Of a stretch of DNA of 64,000 bases, positions 24,358 through 35,186 are shown piece by piece. Source of the stretch: Psammoneis japonica (Eukaryota); contig QPGO01000013.1 in the NCBI GenBank assembly GCA_008632985.1, positions 310,001-374,000 on the forward strand, given 5' to 3'. The notes beneath the pieces were generated by a model. It was not told the origin of the DNA. It was given only the letters and a program-made list of their open reading frames with translations, and did not search any database. The first letter of the stretch is position 1, and each line of letters begins with the position of its first letter. Both the position numbers and the translations under genes were made by a program.

Positions 24358-25112
24358 TGTTTCTTATTTTTATTACAGCTCTGACACTATCTCGCTCCAC
24401 ACTGCACTGCTAATTGGGTGTTGGGGGCATGCGCCATTGTGACTGCAGCATGCAACGGCGCAAGATTGAAGTGCATCTGGCTTTCCAATTTTTGATATCT
24501 TATATTAATGAATGAATACATTTTGAATTGCCACGTCGTGATACGAATTCGGTCCGTCCATGTCACGCGCCCAGAAACTCCCGCCAAATCTTGCGCCGCA
24601 AACTTCCCGCCTCTTCCAATGATGCACATCCTCACTTAGACTTAATACTGTGCATGCGAAGTCTAATGTGTATCTGTTTCAGATATCTACTTACATTTTA
24701 GAGAATCGAAATGTTATGCAAGAGACTTGCAAAAAAAATGTGAAACATGGGATGCATATTATATATTGCCAGCTATCTCCGCCGGATCATGCGTGAAATA
24801 AAACGGCACCGTGGTTCGCTCCTATCATCATCAACCTTCGTTTCCTCTCGCCTCATGAAATATCGAAATGGTAGCTGCGGACGCATATGAACTACACACG
24901 AAAGAACGTTTTGCTCAGCGATAAAGAGTGAAAGTGGCGCATTAACATTTGCGCTCCAAAAGGCTTACATGTATATGTAGGGTGCGGTGCCGTCCACTAT
25001 GGGCATACCGCGTGGATGGCAGGATATGCGATGCAATAGAGGCAGACAACCTTTACAAAATTGGTGGCTGTGTACAAGCAAAATAGTCACAAGGAGAGCG
25101 CTTGCATCTCTC

Positions 25113-26255
25113 TCATGATCGATATGCGACTTGATCGTTCTCTCCTTTCATTTGATCCACGTTTTCTTGAGTCAAATCACTTCGAAACCACTGGAGATTC
25201 GGACAATGACGGACAAGTTCCTTCATCGATTCTTGAGGAATGGCTTGAGCATGCGCTTGCATCCTTCCTCGCACTTGACATTTGACGTTCTTCAGACTTA
25301 CACGCTCGAGACTGGAAAAATTCGAATCATGCAAGACAAACTGGCTCTGGTGCGCTTGGGGCAATTCACTCCCGGGCCACTTCATGCACGTATCATCGAG
25401 ATACAACTCGGTCAAGCTCGTGAGATCTTTTAGACAAAGAGCCGCAAATGGAAAACGTCTCGCGCCGTGCCAAGTGATTCTCTTGAGGTTGACGCAGGAC
25501 TTGAAGTTTCGAAGGGCGCTGGATGTTTGATCAGTAGCGATGATGCTGTTGCTCAAGTTCACCTCCACTAGATTGGGAAGCATGATGGATAGTAACCTTG
25601 GAACACACAGCTGAAGTATTCTTTCGTTCTCGGGAATGGTTATGGGGATCGAAAGGTCTAGGCTCGTCACAGCACGCAACCGTCGGTACGCTGGAGCCAT
25701 TCCTCGCCCGACTCGGGCTGGATCGATACGCCAGTGACCCGAGAGCCTCATCTTGGTTCGTGGGATCTGAAATGCATTGCGCGACTGGAGTAACTTTGAC
25801 AAGAGCTCTCTAATGGTGCAATCTGGAGTGCAGACGATTTCTCCGGTTTTGATTTGGGGAAAGTCGTCCGAACTGTCTTCATGACATTGCTTAGATACGA
25901 TTGAAAAGCTTTCGTGTAGTTCCTCCTCAGTCAGGAACGAAAGGATACAAAGTCGATTGTCTCTCGGAAGATCAGAAAAATTCAGGCTCTTCACACGACA
26001 GAGTACCATGAGAGCCGCATCGGCACCAGCTTGCTCCTGTGTAGCAGAGGAAGACAGACCAGCAGTCTTTTTCGCTTCTGTCGTGCACTGTCGCTTTCCT
26101 CTCTGCTGTGCCTCTTGTTGTTCTGTGGAGGAGGAGTTCACAATAGCAGTAGCTGTACCAACGGTTGAAGCTGTAGTGCCCGCCAGCAGGTCGCTTCCTC
26201 CTTGGTATGGCACGTTTGACGGAGCGCCGCTCCTCTTCTTGTTGTTGTCATTCAT
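25113..26255 (-). CDS. Hypothetical F-box/LRR-like protein
   Basis: FSDLPRDNRLCILSFL...FSIVSKQC is F-box-like; followed by LRR-like segments (VTSLDLS, LPNLVEVNLS, LTELYLDD, LERVSLKN, CPNLQWFRSDL). Confidence 0.65.
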   Translation of the reverse strand: MNDNNKKRSGAPSNVPYQGGSDLLAGTTASTVGTATAIVNSSSTEQQEAQQRGKRQCTTEAKKTAGLSSSATQEQAGADAALMVLCRVKSLNFSDLPRDNRLCILSFLTEEELHESFSIVSKQCHEDSSDDFPQIKTGEIVCTPDCTIRELLSKLLQSRNAFQIPRTKMRLSGHWRIDPARVGRGMAPAYRRLRAVTSLDLSIPITIPENERILQLCVPRLLSIMLPNLVEVNLSNSIIATDQTSSALRNFKSCVNLKRITWHGARRFPFAALCLKDLTSLTELYLDDTCMKWPGSELPQAHQSQFVLHDSNFSSLERVSLKNVKCQVRGRMQAHAQAIPQESMKELVRHCPNLQWFRSDLTQENVDQMKGENDQVAYRS

Positions 26256-27796
26256 AATCCTCGTTCTTGACGATACGTGCTAGCCTAACAAGAGTAGAAG
26301 CAAAGTGACACGAGAACAACAAATACAAGTCTTTGTGTACCTTTCCTTTGTTTGCGGAGGACTAGTCGGTGTGTTGTACAAAAGAGTGAGACTGTCTCGT
26401 GCCTCGACTTGCTGCTATTGGACTACTTTGTTCTGCCCTCCGCTTCCTCAGTGCTAGTGTGGATAGAATGATTGCTGCTCTCCTTTTCCTTCGTGGCTTT
26501 TTTACACTCTTTCATGTGTTGCTTTTCAACTAGTCGAGGAGCATGATCTCGATTCGTGCTTTACTGGGTTTGCGTCTACTGTGAACAGGGATCCTCGAAC
26601 CATGCATGCAACCAAATGCTGATTCGCGGCAAATCGTTGCGAACGCGAAGTGCCGGACGAGTGTGTCAGTTGAAGCGGTGGTTTTCTCAATGCGCAATCG
26701 TAGTTTCACCGAGGTTAATGCCAAGGGCAATAGACAGCGAGTAAAGCCGTTGGATTTTTGCAATAAATCTCGTCTCCTTTCCATTTAACGGCAAGATTGA
26801 CATTATTTCCACCATGGCCAAACCTCTTCTTATTGAAGGCGTTTCTGCATTCATCGTCTCCGAGCAGGTTTGTTTAACACCACCAATGGCTCTATTTAAA
26901 GACATGTCCCTGGGAAATATCTTGCTTAAGTGATATTAAATCCATCTCTGGTGTTCGATTTTTTTACTGTACATTGAGTCGCTTGTTGTGTGCGGCAGGA
27001 CGACCGCAATCCGAGTCGCTGTTGATGATTCCGTGCTGCAACGCAACGCGCTCTCTGCAGGCGGCTCCCACAGACCTCCCATGTTGGGAGCGCCTCTAGA
27101 GCAGCTCTTCCCATGTTGGGAGCATCTCCAGCTGGCAGAAGGGGCTGGAACAGGGGTGGCCACATTGGAGAACATGAGAACCTTCAAGCAAACGAGTTGG
27201 TCTGTGAAGCCACCACTCCCGGGTGTGTTGTGGCCCCGCCAGTGCATGGCGCAACTCTTGTGTGCAAAAAAGAGAGCAACAAAATGATCACACAACAAAA
27301 GACAGAGCCCAGCAGCTGTGCAAAACAGCAAAGACCACATCTTGAATCTGCTGCTCCGCAGGTTTTTTCAGCCACTGTTGACAAGCGCTCTAATCTTTGC
27401 AGAGCTCAAGCTGCTGGTTCCCTGCTTGTCACCTGGCCCACAGCGGCTCTGAAGCAGGAGAGCCAGAGCCCTTCAACACACATGTTGGGGGTGCTCTCAA
27501 GCCTGTCCTGTTGCTTTGCCTCCACCTGCAAGAGCATCTTTGTCCAAAGCTGCTCCGTGTGGGGCACAGCTCTTCCCTGAGGGCGCGGCAACAAAAGAGA
27601 ACAAGGGTGGGGGGGGGGGCAGGCCCACAGCTGTTGCACCAGCTCCAAAAAGAAAAATGGCATGGCCACAGCAGTGTGGCAGAGGAGTTTTGCCATGTGC
27701 TTCTCTCCACAAACTCATGCCACCGACACTTTTGTTGGAAATGAAGAAGCAAAACAATGCCGCCAGCCAGCGACACACACACGCACACACACACAC

Positions 27797-27965
27797 TGAC
27801 AGACATCCGAGACGGGGAGTGCACTCCCTTGTCTCGGACAGACTGGCGTGGACAGCATGGAGAGATCCGATGATCTCTCCTTTGCTCACTTTCTTTCTCA
27901 TCTAGTGCACGATCATCATCTGTCCCAGACATCAGTCAGATCATCCCAATGCCGCTAGTCCACAA
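27797..27965 (+). repeat. 5' LTR (169 bp)
   Basis: Matches 35018-35186 without gaps, 15 substitutions; contains hairpins (ggagagatc-cgat-gatctctcc; tccgaga..gggag-N4-ctccc..tctcgga). Confidence 0.93.
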
Positions 27966-28166
27966 GGTTGTGAGCAGCAGCATGCTGTTTGTCTTCCTCA
28001 GTGCAACTGCGTTGCAATGTTCGCTGTGTGATTTGGCACCGTTTCTCCTTTGAAATCGTCATCTTTGTCACAGCTGTTTTTCTCACTCGATTTTTGTGAT
28101 CATCACCACCACCACAGACCACATGCCAGCATTCCATGCAGGATTTTGATTTTTTTTCGCACAACC

Positions 28167-30192
28167 ATGGCGCCGACCAAGCAAACTTCCATCGATTTGA
28201 CCAAGATCAAGTCAATGCAGGTCAAATTCAAACAGCAAAATTGCTTGCCTGATGCCCATTCTTGCCTGAATGACCTTTGTTCAGACGCCATGCCTGCTCC
28301 TGAAGATCTTCTGGATGGATTTGCTCCTCCAGGCCTCAAGCCCAACGCAGTTGCAATCATCCATCACAAGATCGTTCATGATCTGATCACACCTCAGGCC
28401 ACCTTGACTGAGGATCTTCAACGGATTGGACCGCTCATTGACAAAGCTCCCCTCTTCGTGGCAGCTCCTCAAGACACCCCAATCTGTCTGAACCTTGCCA
28501 ATCTTCAGAAAGCTGTGATCAAAGCCATCTCAGATGCCCAAGACACCACAACCACATGTGTTGGGACTGTCAGTCTCTTCTTTTGCCCTGGTTTTGAGAA
28601 TTGTCTGTGTTGGGATGATGTCTCTGACACTCCACACCCACCGTCAGCCTCTCCTCCAAGCTCTGCATCTCAATCGACCACTGCTTCAGGTCCGACTCCT
28701 GAAGATTTTGCCAAGGCCTCAGCTGCTCATTTGCCTGGAGACCAAAACAGTTTGAGCAAGCTGTGACCAACGCATGGAAGACTTCTGCGGCTTCTGCACC
28801 ATCTCCTTTGCTTTCTGCCAAGACCACTGCTGCTGTGGTTTCCCCTGCGACAACGACCAGTGCTTTGTACACTTTCAACCCGAAGGGACTTCCAAAAGAT
28901 GCATTGGCTTGCTGTCAACGCAAGGAATCTGGGAAAGCAGCACTTGGGAAGTCACTGGCACCTTGCAAATCAGGAAACCTCTACCATGAAGATGGCACTG
29001 AACGTCTCATCCTTGCAGATGGTTCCCTCTTTGTCCATCATGCAGATTGGGATGCCAAGTCTTTCCTCCGTGATCCTTTGACATGTGACGATGTCTCACC
29101 TCAAGGAATCCGAGTGTGGTGTGCTGCAGCAACCCAACAAGCCTCGGCTTGTGGCATCTACATGCATCCTCTCTGGTGTTTCATCAAGGACGGTGGTGAC
29201 TGGGGTTTCACGAGCGGCAGCGACCCGACTGATGACCTGCCACTTCGCATGCATGCACCCCTTGACCGCATGAAGCTTGCACTTCTTCAGTGTGTTCAGA
29301 AGGTTGGAATTTTCCCAGCCGATTCCAAGCATCCTGACATTGTTCGTCAATGCCATGGAGACGGATGTGCTGCCCTCAAGATGACCCTGTTCGACATTCT
29401 TCCGATCTGGACCAAGCGCCCACATGAACTGATCAAGAGCTGCCCGCACCAAAACAATCTCACAATTCTCAGTTGCTGCGCTCTGTCTGGGATTTCCTCC
29501 AACTGCAGGCCATCATTTCCAATGTTGATGCCTCTCTTGATGATCCTGGTGAGCTGGACATCTTTCTCAGCAATGCTCGACATGGAGAGCACCTGCATCG
29601 AAAGACAGTTGCCGCCAGGGAAGACAAGAGTCAGGAACACAAATTCACTCAGAAGAAGATTGTCGAGATGATTGCTGCGATTCTCAAGGAACCAGACAGT
29701 CCTGCTCTTTGTGTCAAGGATCCTTCCAAATGCCCTGCATGACGCCTCCACAACCAGAATCTGGCCAATCCTCCTTTGGCAGCTCCTCTCCAAGCCCTTG
29801 ACTTGACACCTGAGGACGAAGCACCAGATCCACCTCTGATTGCTCTGGAACCTCCAATGGAAACTGCTCCTGCTTCCATTGAAGAACCTGTGGAAACTGT
29901 GGAGTGCTTTGTGGGCGAACTTGCTGCTGTGGAAATTCCACCGGATGATGACACACAAGCACTGCACGGCATTCACAAGGCTTGCATCTGCAGGATCAAG
30001 TCTTCCCCTGCCATTGCCCACTCTCAACCATGTGTTGCATGTGGTGATGACCACTTGTTCCACGAGTGTCCGGTCTTGAACAATGCTGAGCACCTGCGCA
30101 CCCATCTCATCCGCTTCTGCCAGCTCCTTCAATGTGACCGCCGTGCCCGAGACGCACCCAAGGATGGAAAGTCAAAAACGGATTTTTCCTGG
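28167..30192 (+). pseudogene. gag: Copia gag, degenerate and frameshifted
   Basis: Chain of ORFs 28050/28763/29473/29776; zinc knuckle CVACGDDHLFHEC near 30030; ends at DFS(W)G. Confidence 0.7.
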
Positions 30193-33100
30193 GGCCATTG
30201 TTGCATTCGGATGAACAATGCTGCCCGTCACTTCTCAATCCGAAACTGCATGCCAGCGGGGCAACTGCGAAAGAGGGTCCCAAAGACTCGTTGCCTTCCG
30301 CTGAACTGCCTCTTTCACGTGTCTCATTTGCTGACCTCTTGTCACCCTCAACGAAGACTGGAACCCCGGTGCAATGTGCAGCTGCCAATGAGAGTCAACG
30401 CATCACGGCGACGTGTTGCAGCCTTTAAATGTCACAAGGGCGTGACAAAAACAACCTTTTGTCTGCATGCATGCTGCGTTGTGAATTCACAACGGAGTGG
30501 TTCATCGCAACCATCAGGCAGGAGGCCAGGGGTTCGAAACCCTGAGTGGGAGTTGTCTGCAGCAACGTTGATCACTGTCGAACGCGTTAGACTCTGTGCA
30601 GTTCTGTGTGTTCCTTCGCACGTGCCCACACTGTTCCGCCAAAACCGTGCAGTGTCAGCACACGTTAGTAAAGAGCCGCATGGACGCGTGATGCATGGGG
30701 AGGAGTGCAACACACAGCTGCCAACAAGAGCCAATGCACCACGGCGACGTGTTGCAGCCTTTAAATGTCACAAAGGGCGTGACAAAAACAACCTTTTGTC
30801 TGCATGCATGCTGCACCGGATCTCAACACTGTTCCGGATGATGACCCAGACACTGCCAATCAGGGGAGGGCAACGCCTTCTCATGAAACATCCACCAGCG
30901 AGAACGATTTCTCTCTCTCCACTGATCATGATCAAGATTTTGAGTGCATCGATGTGGACGCCAACCAACATCTCTCACCTTTGAGTGCAGTGCACATCTC
31001 TCCGATTTTTTCTCCACCTGCAGCACCCACGACGTTTGACTCCTTGACTGCCCCCGTCATCCCGATCAACCATGCAATGCGTGATTCAACGATCTGTCGT
31101 GCGCAAATTGACACTGGCGCTTGGGTGTCTTGTGCCGGAGACAAACAACTCCTTCATGCTTGCACTCCATTTGGTCTGGATGACCCCTGTCCTTTGAAGA
31201 TGCTCCCTGCTGCTGAAGGCTCTGATGCAATCCCTCATGGTTTTGGTTGTCTGCAAGCACCTGCTGCGAATGCTGATGGTTTCCTTCTTGTTTGCACTTT
31301 CTGCCATCCCAGCCTCCGTTCCACCTTGATTGATGAACGCGACTTTGCACAGGCTTCTGGACTTACACTGAAAGCCATTTGTTCCGAGTCCCTCGAGAAG
31401 ACCTGCGCTGATGGAACGTGTGCCCATGCTGCTTCGACTGATGCTCAAGTGGTGATTGTCCATGGCATCCTCCGACATGGAAAAGTTTTTGCCCAGCCCC
31501 TGGTCCCACCGTCTCCGACCAATGATCCCTCCATGCCTGCGACTTCTGACTTGCTTCCGGTTGATGACATTGACGATGCCTGCCAACGTGCGATTTTTTA
31601 TGTCAACGTTCAGCAAATGCCGTCTGACCCTTGGTTGATGGATGCTGAGTTGTTTCCAACACAATGCAACTCCATTGTGCACTGTTCATCGCCTCCGCCA
31701 AGTTCTGCCCCGGTCCGCTCTCTCAAAGTTGAGACTGAACGTCTCCTTTGGCGCCAACGCCTTGGACATCCCAGCAATCACCATTTGCATCATGCTCACA
31801 AGCACATCAAGGGAGTTCCTGAGTTCCGTCATGCCAATCCAGCTCTTGACATTTGTCCCACGTGCATCCAGGCAAAACAAGTCAAGACTCCTGCTGGACC
31901 AAACTCCACTCGCACGGCAACTCAACCATGTCAAGGTCTCACTGTGGATTTTGCCTTTGCTGGACAAGCCTCCAAGAATGCATGTCGCACCTCTGATTGC
32001 CTTGGCCACAATGGCGAAACATGTTGGATCACCGTTTGCAACCATAAAACACGCGTGCTTCATGGTGTTGCACGAGTCTCGAAGGCTGGTCCTCTCAAGT
32101 GGCTTTGCCGATTCTTGGATCGACACTCGCCAAATTGTCATGACAAATGTGTGTTTGTGGACCAGGGAGGGGAATTGCACAAGAACCCCAAAGTTTGTGA
32201 CCTCTTCAAACGAGAATTCCAGCATGACATTTGCCCATCAGGCGCTGGTGCTTCCAATCAATGTGGCCCTGTGGAACGCTCACATTTAACTGTTGAGAAC
32301 GCGATTCGTGCAATCTCAATTGGCGCCAATCTCCCGATCAGATTCTGGCCCTGTGCTTTTTACCATTGCCTCCGCATCAAGAATGCTGCTCCTGCGAAAG
32401 ATCAAGATGCATCTCCTGTCACCCTTGCTGCTGGAAAGGTCGAAGACTTTGCCACCTTGAAGACTTTTGGATGTCGAGCATGGGCCAAACGCTCCACAAA
32501 ACGCTCCGCCACTTTTCGCTCCAACTCCAAGAAGGGTGCATTCCTTGGACATCTCCCAAACACCCTGAAGAATGTTCTTTGGTGGGATCCGGAGACTGAC
32601 AACGTCAAGACAGCTAAACACGTCCGTTGTGACGAGGGCATGAATGACCTCTCCACAGATCAACTCCCTCTGAATGCCATCCAGTTGCAATGCATGGAAA
32701 ATGGTCAGCCTTTTCCGGCTGAAACACAGGACACGACCGTCCCAATGTTTGCTTCTTCATCAAATCCTTTTGCCAAGACCATCACTTGCACCATGAAGCG
32801 TCCTCCAATGGATCCCAGCTGTGGTTTTGGGTTCTCCATGTGTGCTCTCATGGAACGCACACATGTCTCGGACATCAAGCAACGCAGTCCTGCGGCCTCC
32901 CTGTTCTCTTCTCTCCGTGCCACTCGGAACAAGCTCATGGGTGCCCATGTTGTCTCTGTCAACAAGCACGAAGTCTTTACACCGCAAGATGCTGAAAAAG
33001 CACTCCTGCAGGTCTGCCAAGATGACATCCCTACTTTTGAACTTGCGTTTGCGCCTGAACGACGTCTAGATTCTCGCACCCTTAACAAAGCCTTTGAGGA

Positions 33101-34904
33101 AGCGGAGCCATTTGATCCTGACTCAATGGAAGATGACTCCCATGCACCGGAGCTCACTTTGGAGGATGCACGATCCATTGCAGCAGTCCTGTGTCCTGAT
33201 GATGACTTCTCCAATGATGCTGTTCCGACCGAGGCTTTCTGTGCTCATCTCCATGCCATCAGCTCTCGTGCAATCACCCCGGAGGAAGCTGCCCTTGAAC
33301 GCCTTGCCCGTGCCAAGCTCTGTAAACTTGAAACATGGCCTGAATGGGAAGAAGGAGAGAAGCGCCAATTGGACCAATTTTGTGCACTTGGCATGTGTGG
33401 CCCTCCACAACCTCGTCCCGCATTCTTCATGTGTGGAACGCTTGGTTGAAAAGATGTTTTTCGCTCTCAGTGCTGCCACATCTTATCGAATCTATGGTGG
33501 TGACGCACGCGATGCATGTGCTCATTCTCCTGGCCCTTCACAACCGGTGTTTGTCGCCATTGATGATGCCTGTGCTGCTTGGCATGAAAATTGCTTTGGC
33601 AAGAAGGCACCTCGCCACTGCATCCTTCCGCTCCGGCATGCTCTCCAAGGTCATCCTGAAGCTGGTGTTCTGTGGGAAAAGCACATCAGTTCGATTCTCA
33701 CTGGTGCAAAACTTCTTTTTCGCAACACTGCTCATGACAAGTGCATCTGCTCTGGTGAACATGACGGTGTCAAGGTCCTGTTGCTCCGTCAAGTTGATGA
33801 TTTTGCACTTGCTTGTCCTTCCGAGAAGGTTGCGAAGGAAATCTATGATCACATTGGGAAAGCTCTTCAGATGGAGAACGAGGACACTCCCCCCTTCAAA
33901 CATCTCAGCCTCGTTGCTGAATTCAATGGCATTGATGTTGTTCAGGGTCAGAATGATGATTCGATCATGATCAATGTTGCCAGCTGCCTCGACCGTGTCT
34001 TCAAGACCCATGGATGGGACACTCCCGCTGCGAATGAAACCGACACCGATTTCAAGGCTGCCCCTGTGCCAGTCGACTGCATTCCCGAGTTGTGCACTGC
34101 TGAAGGCCCCGAGGAGGGTGCTCCTGAATGTGATGCTCTCTCTGCCTCTCATGGTTTTTCCTGTTGCTCTCTCTTGGGTGAATTGGTCTTTGCACACTGT
34201 GCTGTCGCTTGGACATTGGACACCCTGTTGTCACCTTGTCCAAGTTCTCCAAGGCTCCCGCTGATGTTCACTGTGATTCCCTCAAGCGCATGACTGAGCA
34301 CCTGCGATGTGCCAAACACTGGGGCTTGACACACAAGAAGACTGAGCGTGATCCGGGCCTGCCTCCCCGTGCTTTTGAGTGGCTCGAAGATGATCCTTCT
34401 CTTCCTGAGTTCCCCCGCGTTGATGATCTGTTCCAACTGCTTGGCTTTGTTGATGCGGCACATGCCAATGAACTGTGGTGTCGCCGCTCTGCCACTGGGT
34501 GTGCGCATGTCCTTGCTGGTGCTGTGATTGATTGTCGTTGCCATGCACAGACCATTGCAGCTGCCAGTTCCGCCGAGGCTGAATTCCTCGCGGCTGTCAC
34601 TGCTGCCAAGCAGACGTTGTGCCTTCGCATGGTCCTTGAAGAGCTGGGCTTTGCCCAACGTGACCCCACTTGCTTGCATGTTGACAACTCCTCCGCCATC
34701 CGGATGATCAACAACAAGGTGCCTGCGGAGTGATCGCGCCACATTGACATTCAACATTTTGCGATCCAAGACTGGCGCGATGCAGAAAAAATTGTCACAA
34801 GACATGTTCCGGGTGTTGTTGACCCTGCCGACGTCCTCACCAAGGCTGTGGGTTGGATGCTTCATTCCCACCATGCCCGTCGTCTCATGGGACACTGCTG
34901 TTGA
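30180..34904 (+). pseudogene. pol: Copia pol (protease, integrase, RT, RNase H), mutated
   Basis: PR IDTGA (about 31110); LLW(R)QRLGHP...CPTC; integrase VDF / DQGGEL / GPVERSH; RT ALQGHPEAG and LRQVDDF; RNase H GFVDAAHAN, EAEFLAAV, RHIDIQHFAIQDW, HARRLMGH(C); internal TGA at 34731. Confidence 0.92.
30370..30815 (+). mobile_element. Nested TRIM-like non-autonomous LTR element (446 bp)
   Basis: About 110-bp terminal direct repeats (30370-30478, 30706-30815), outer ends TG...CA, PPT ggggaggag before the 3' repeat, CCGG duplication on both sides; removing it restores the pol frame. Confidence 0.8.
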
Positions 34905-35017
34905 TTGTTGTTCTGTTTTGTGTGTCTTTTTGGTTTGCTGTTCTGGTCCTCATTTTTTTCTCTCGGATTGTCTCCTTTCTTTCTTGATGAGCTTTTGCAT
35001 TGCTCATCAGGGGAGGG

Positions 35018-35186
35018 TGACAGACATCCGAGATGGGGAGCACACTCCCTTGTCTCGGACAGACTAGCATGGACAGCATGGAGAGATCCGATGATCTCTC
35101 CTTTGCTCACTTTCTTTCTCATCTAGCACACGATTGTCATCTGTCCTAGACATCAGTTAGATCATCCCGATGCCGCTAGTCCGTGA
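35018..35186 (+). repeat. 3' LTR (169 bp)
   Basis: Preceded by the PPT, followed by the TSD CACAC, and matches the 5' LTR. Confidence 0.93.

Larger units (their letters stand above)
27797..35186 (+). mobile_element. Ty1/copia (diatom CoDi-like) LTR retrotransposon with both LTRs, inactivated
   Basis: 169-bp LTRs, CACAC target-site duplication (27792-27796 and 35187-35191), PBS-like ggttgtgagc at 27966, PPT aggggaggg at 35009-35017; copia domain order gag-PR-IN-RT-RH. Confidence 0.93.

Noticed and set aside
27772..27796. (CA)n tract at the copia insertion site as a converted (TA)n microsatellite
   Set aside because: Random two-strand conversion would give a mix of TG and CA; a plain CA microsatellite is simpler. 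It also slightly weakens the CACAC TSD call.
30490..30555. Functional tRNA gene
   Set aside because: Only the T-arm/B-box is convincing; no clean acceptor or anticodon stems could be folded, and it lies inside a mobile element.
30804..34904. Alternative genetic code or Tyr recoding as the explanation for Tyr-free pol
   Set aside because: TA loss also affects non-coding LTRs and codon junctions, and neighbouring genes use Tyr and TAA/TAG normally.
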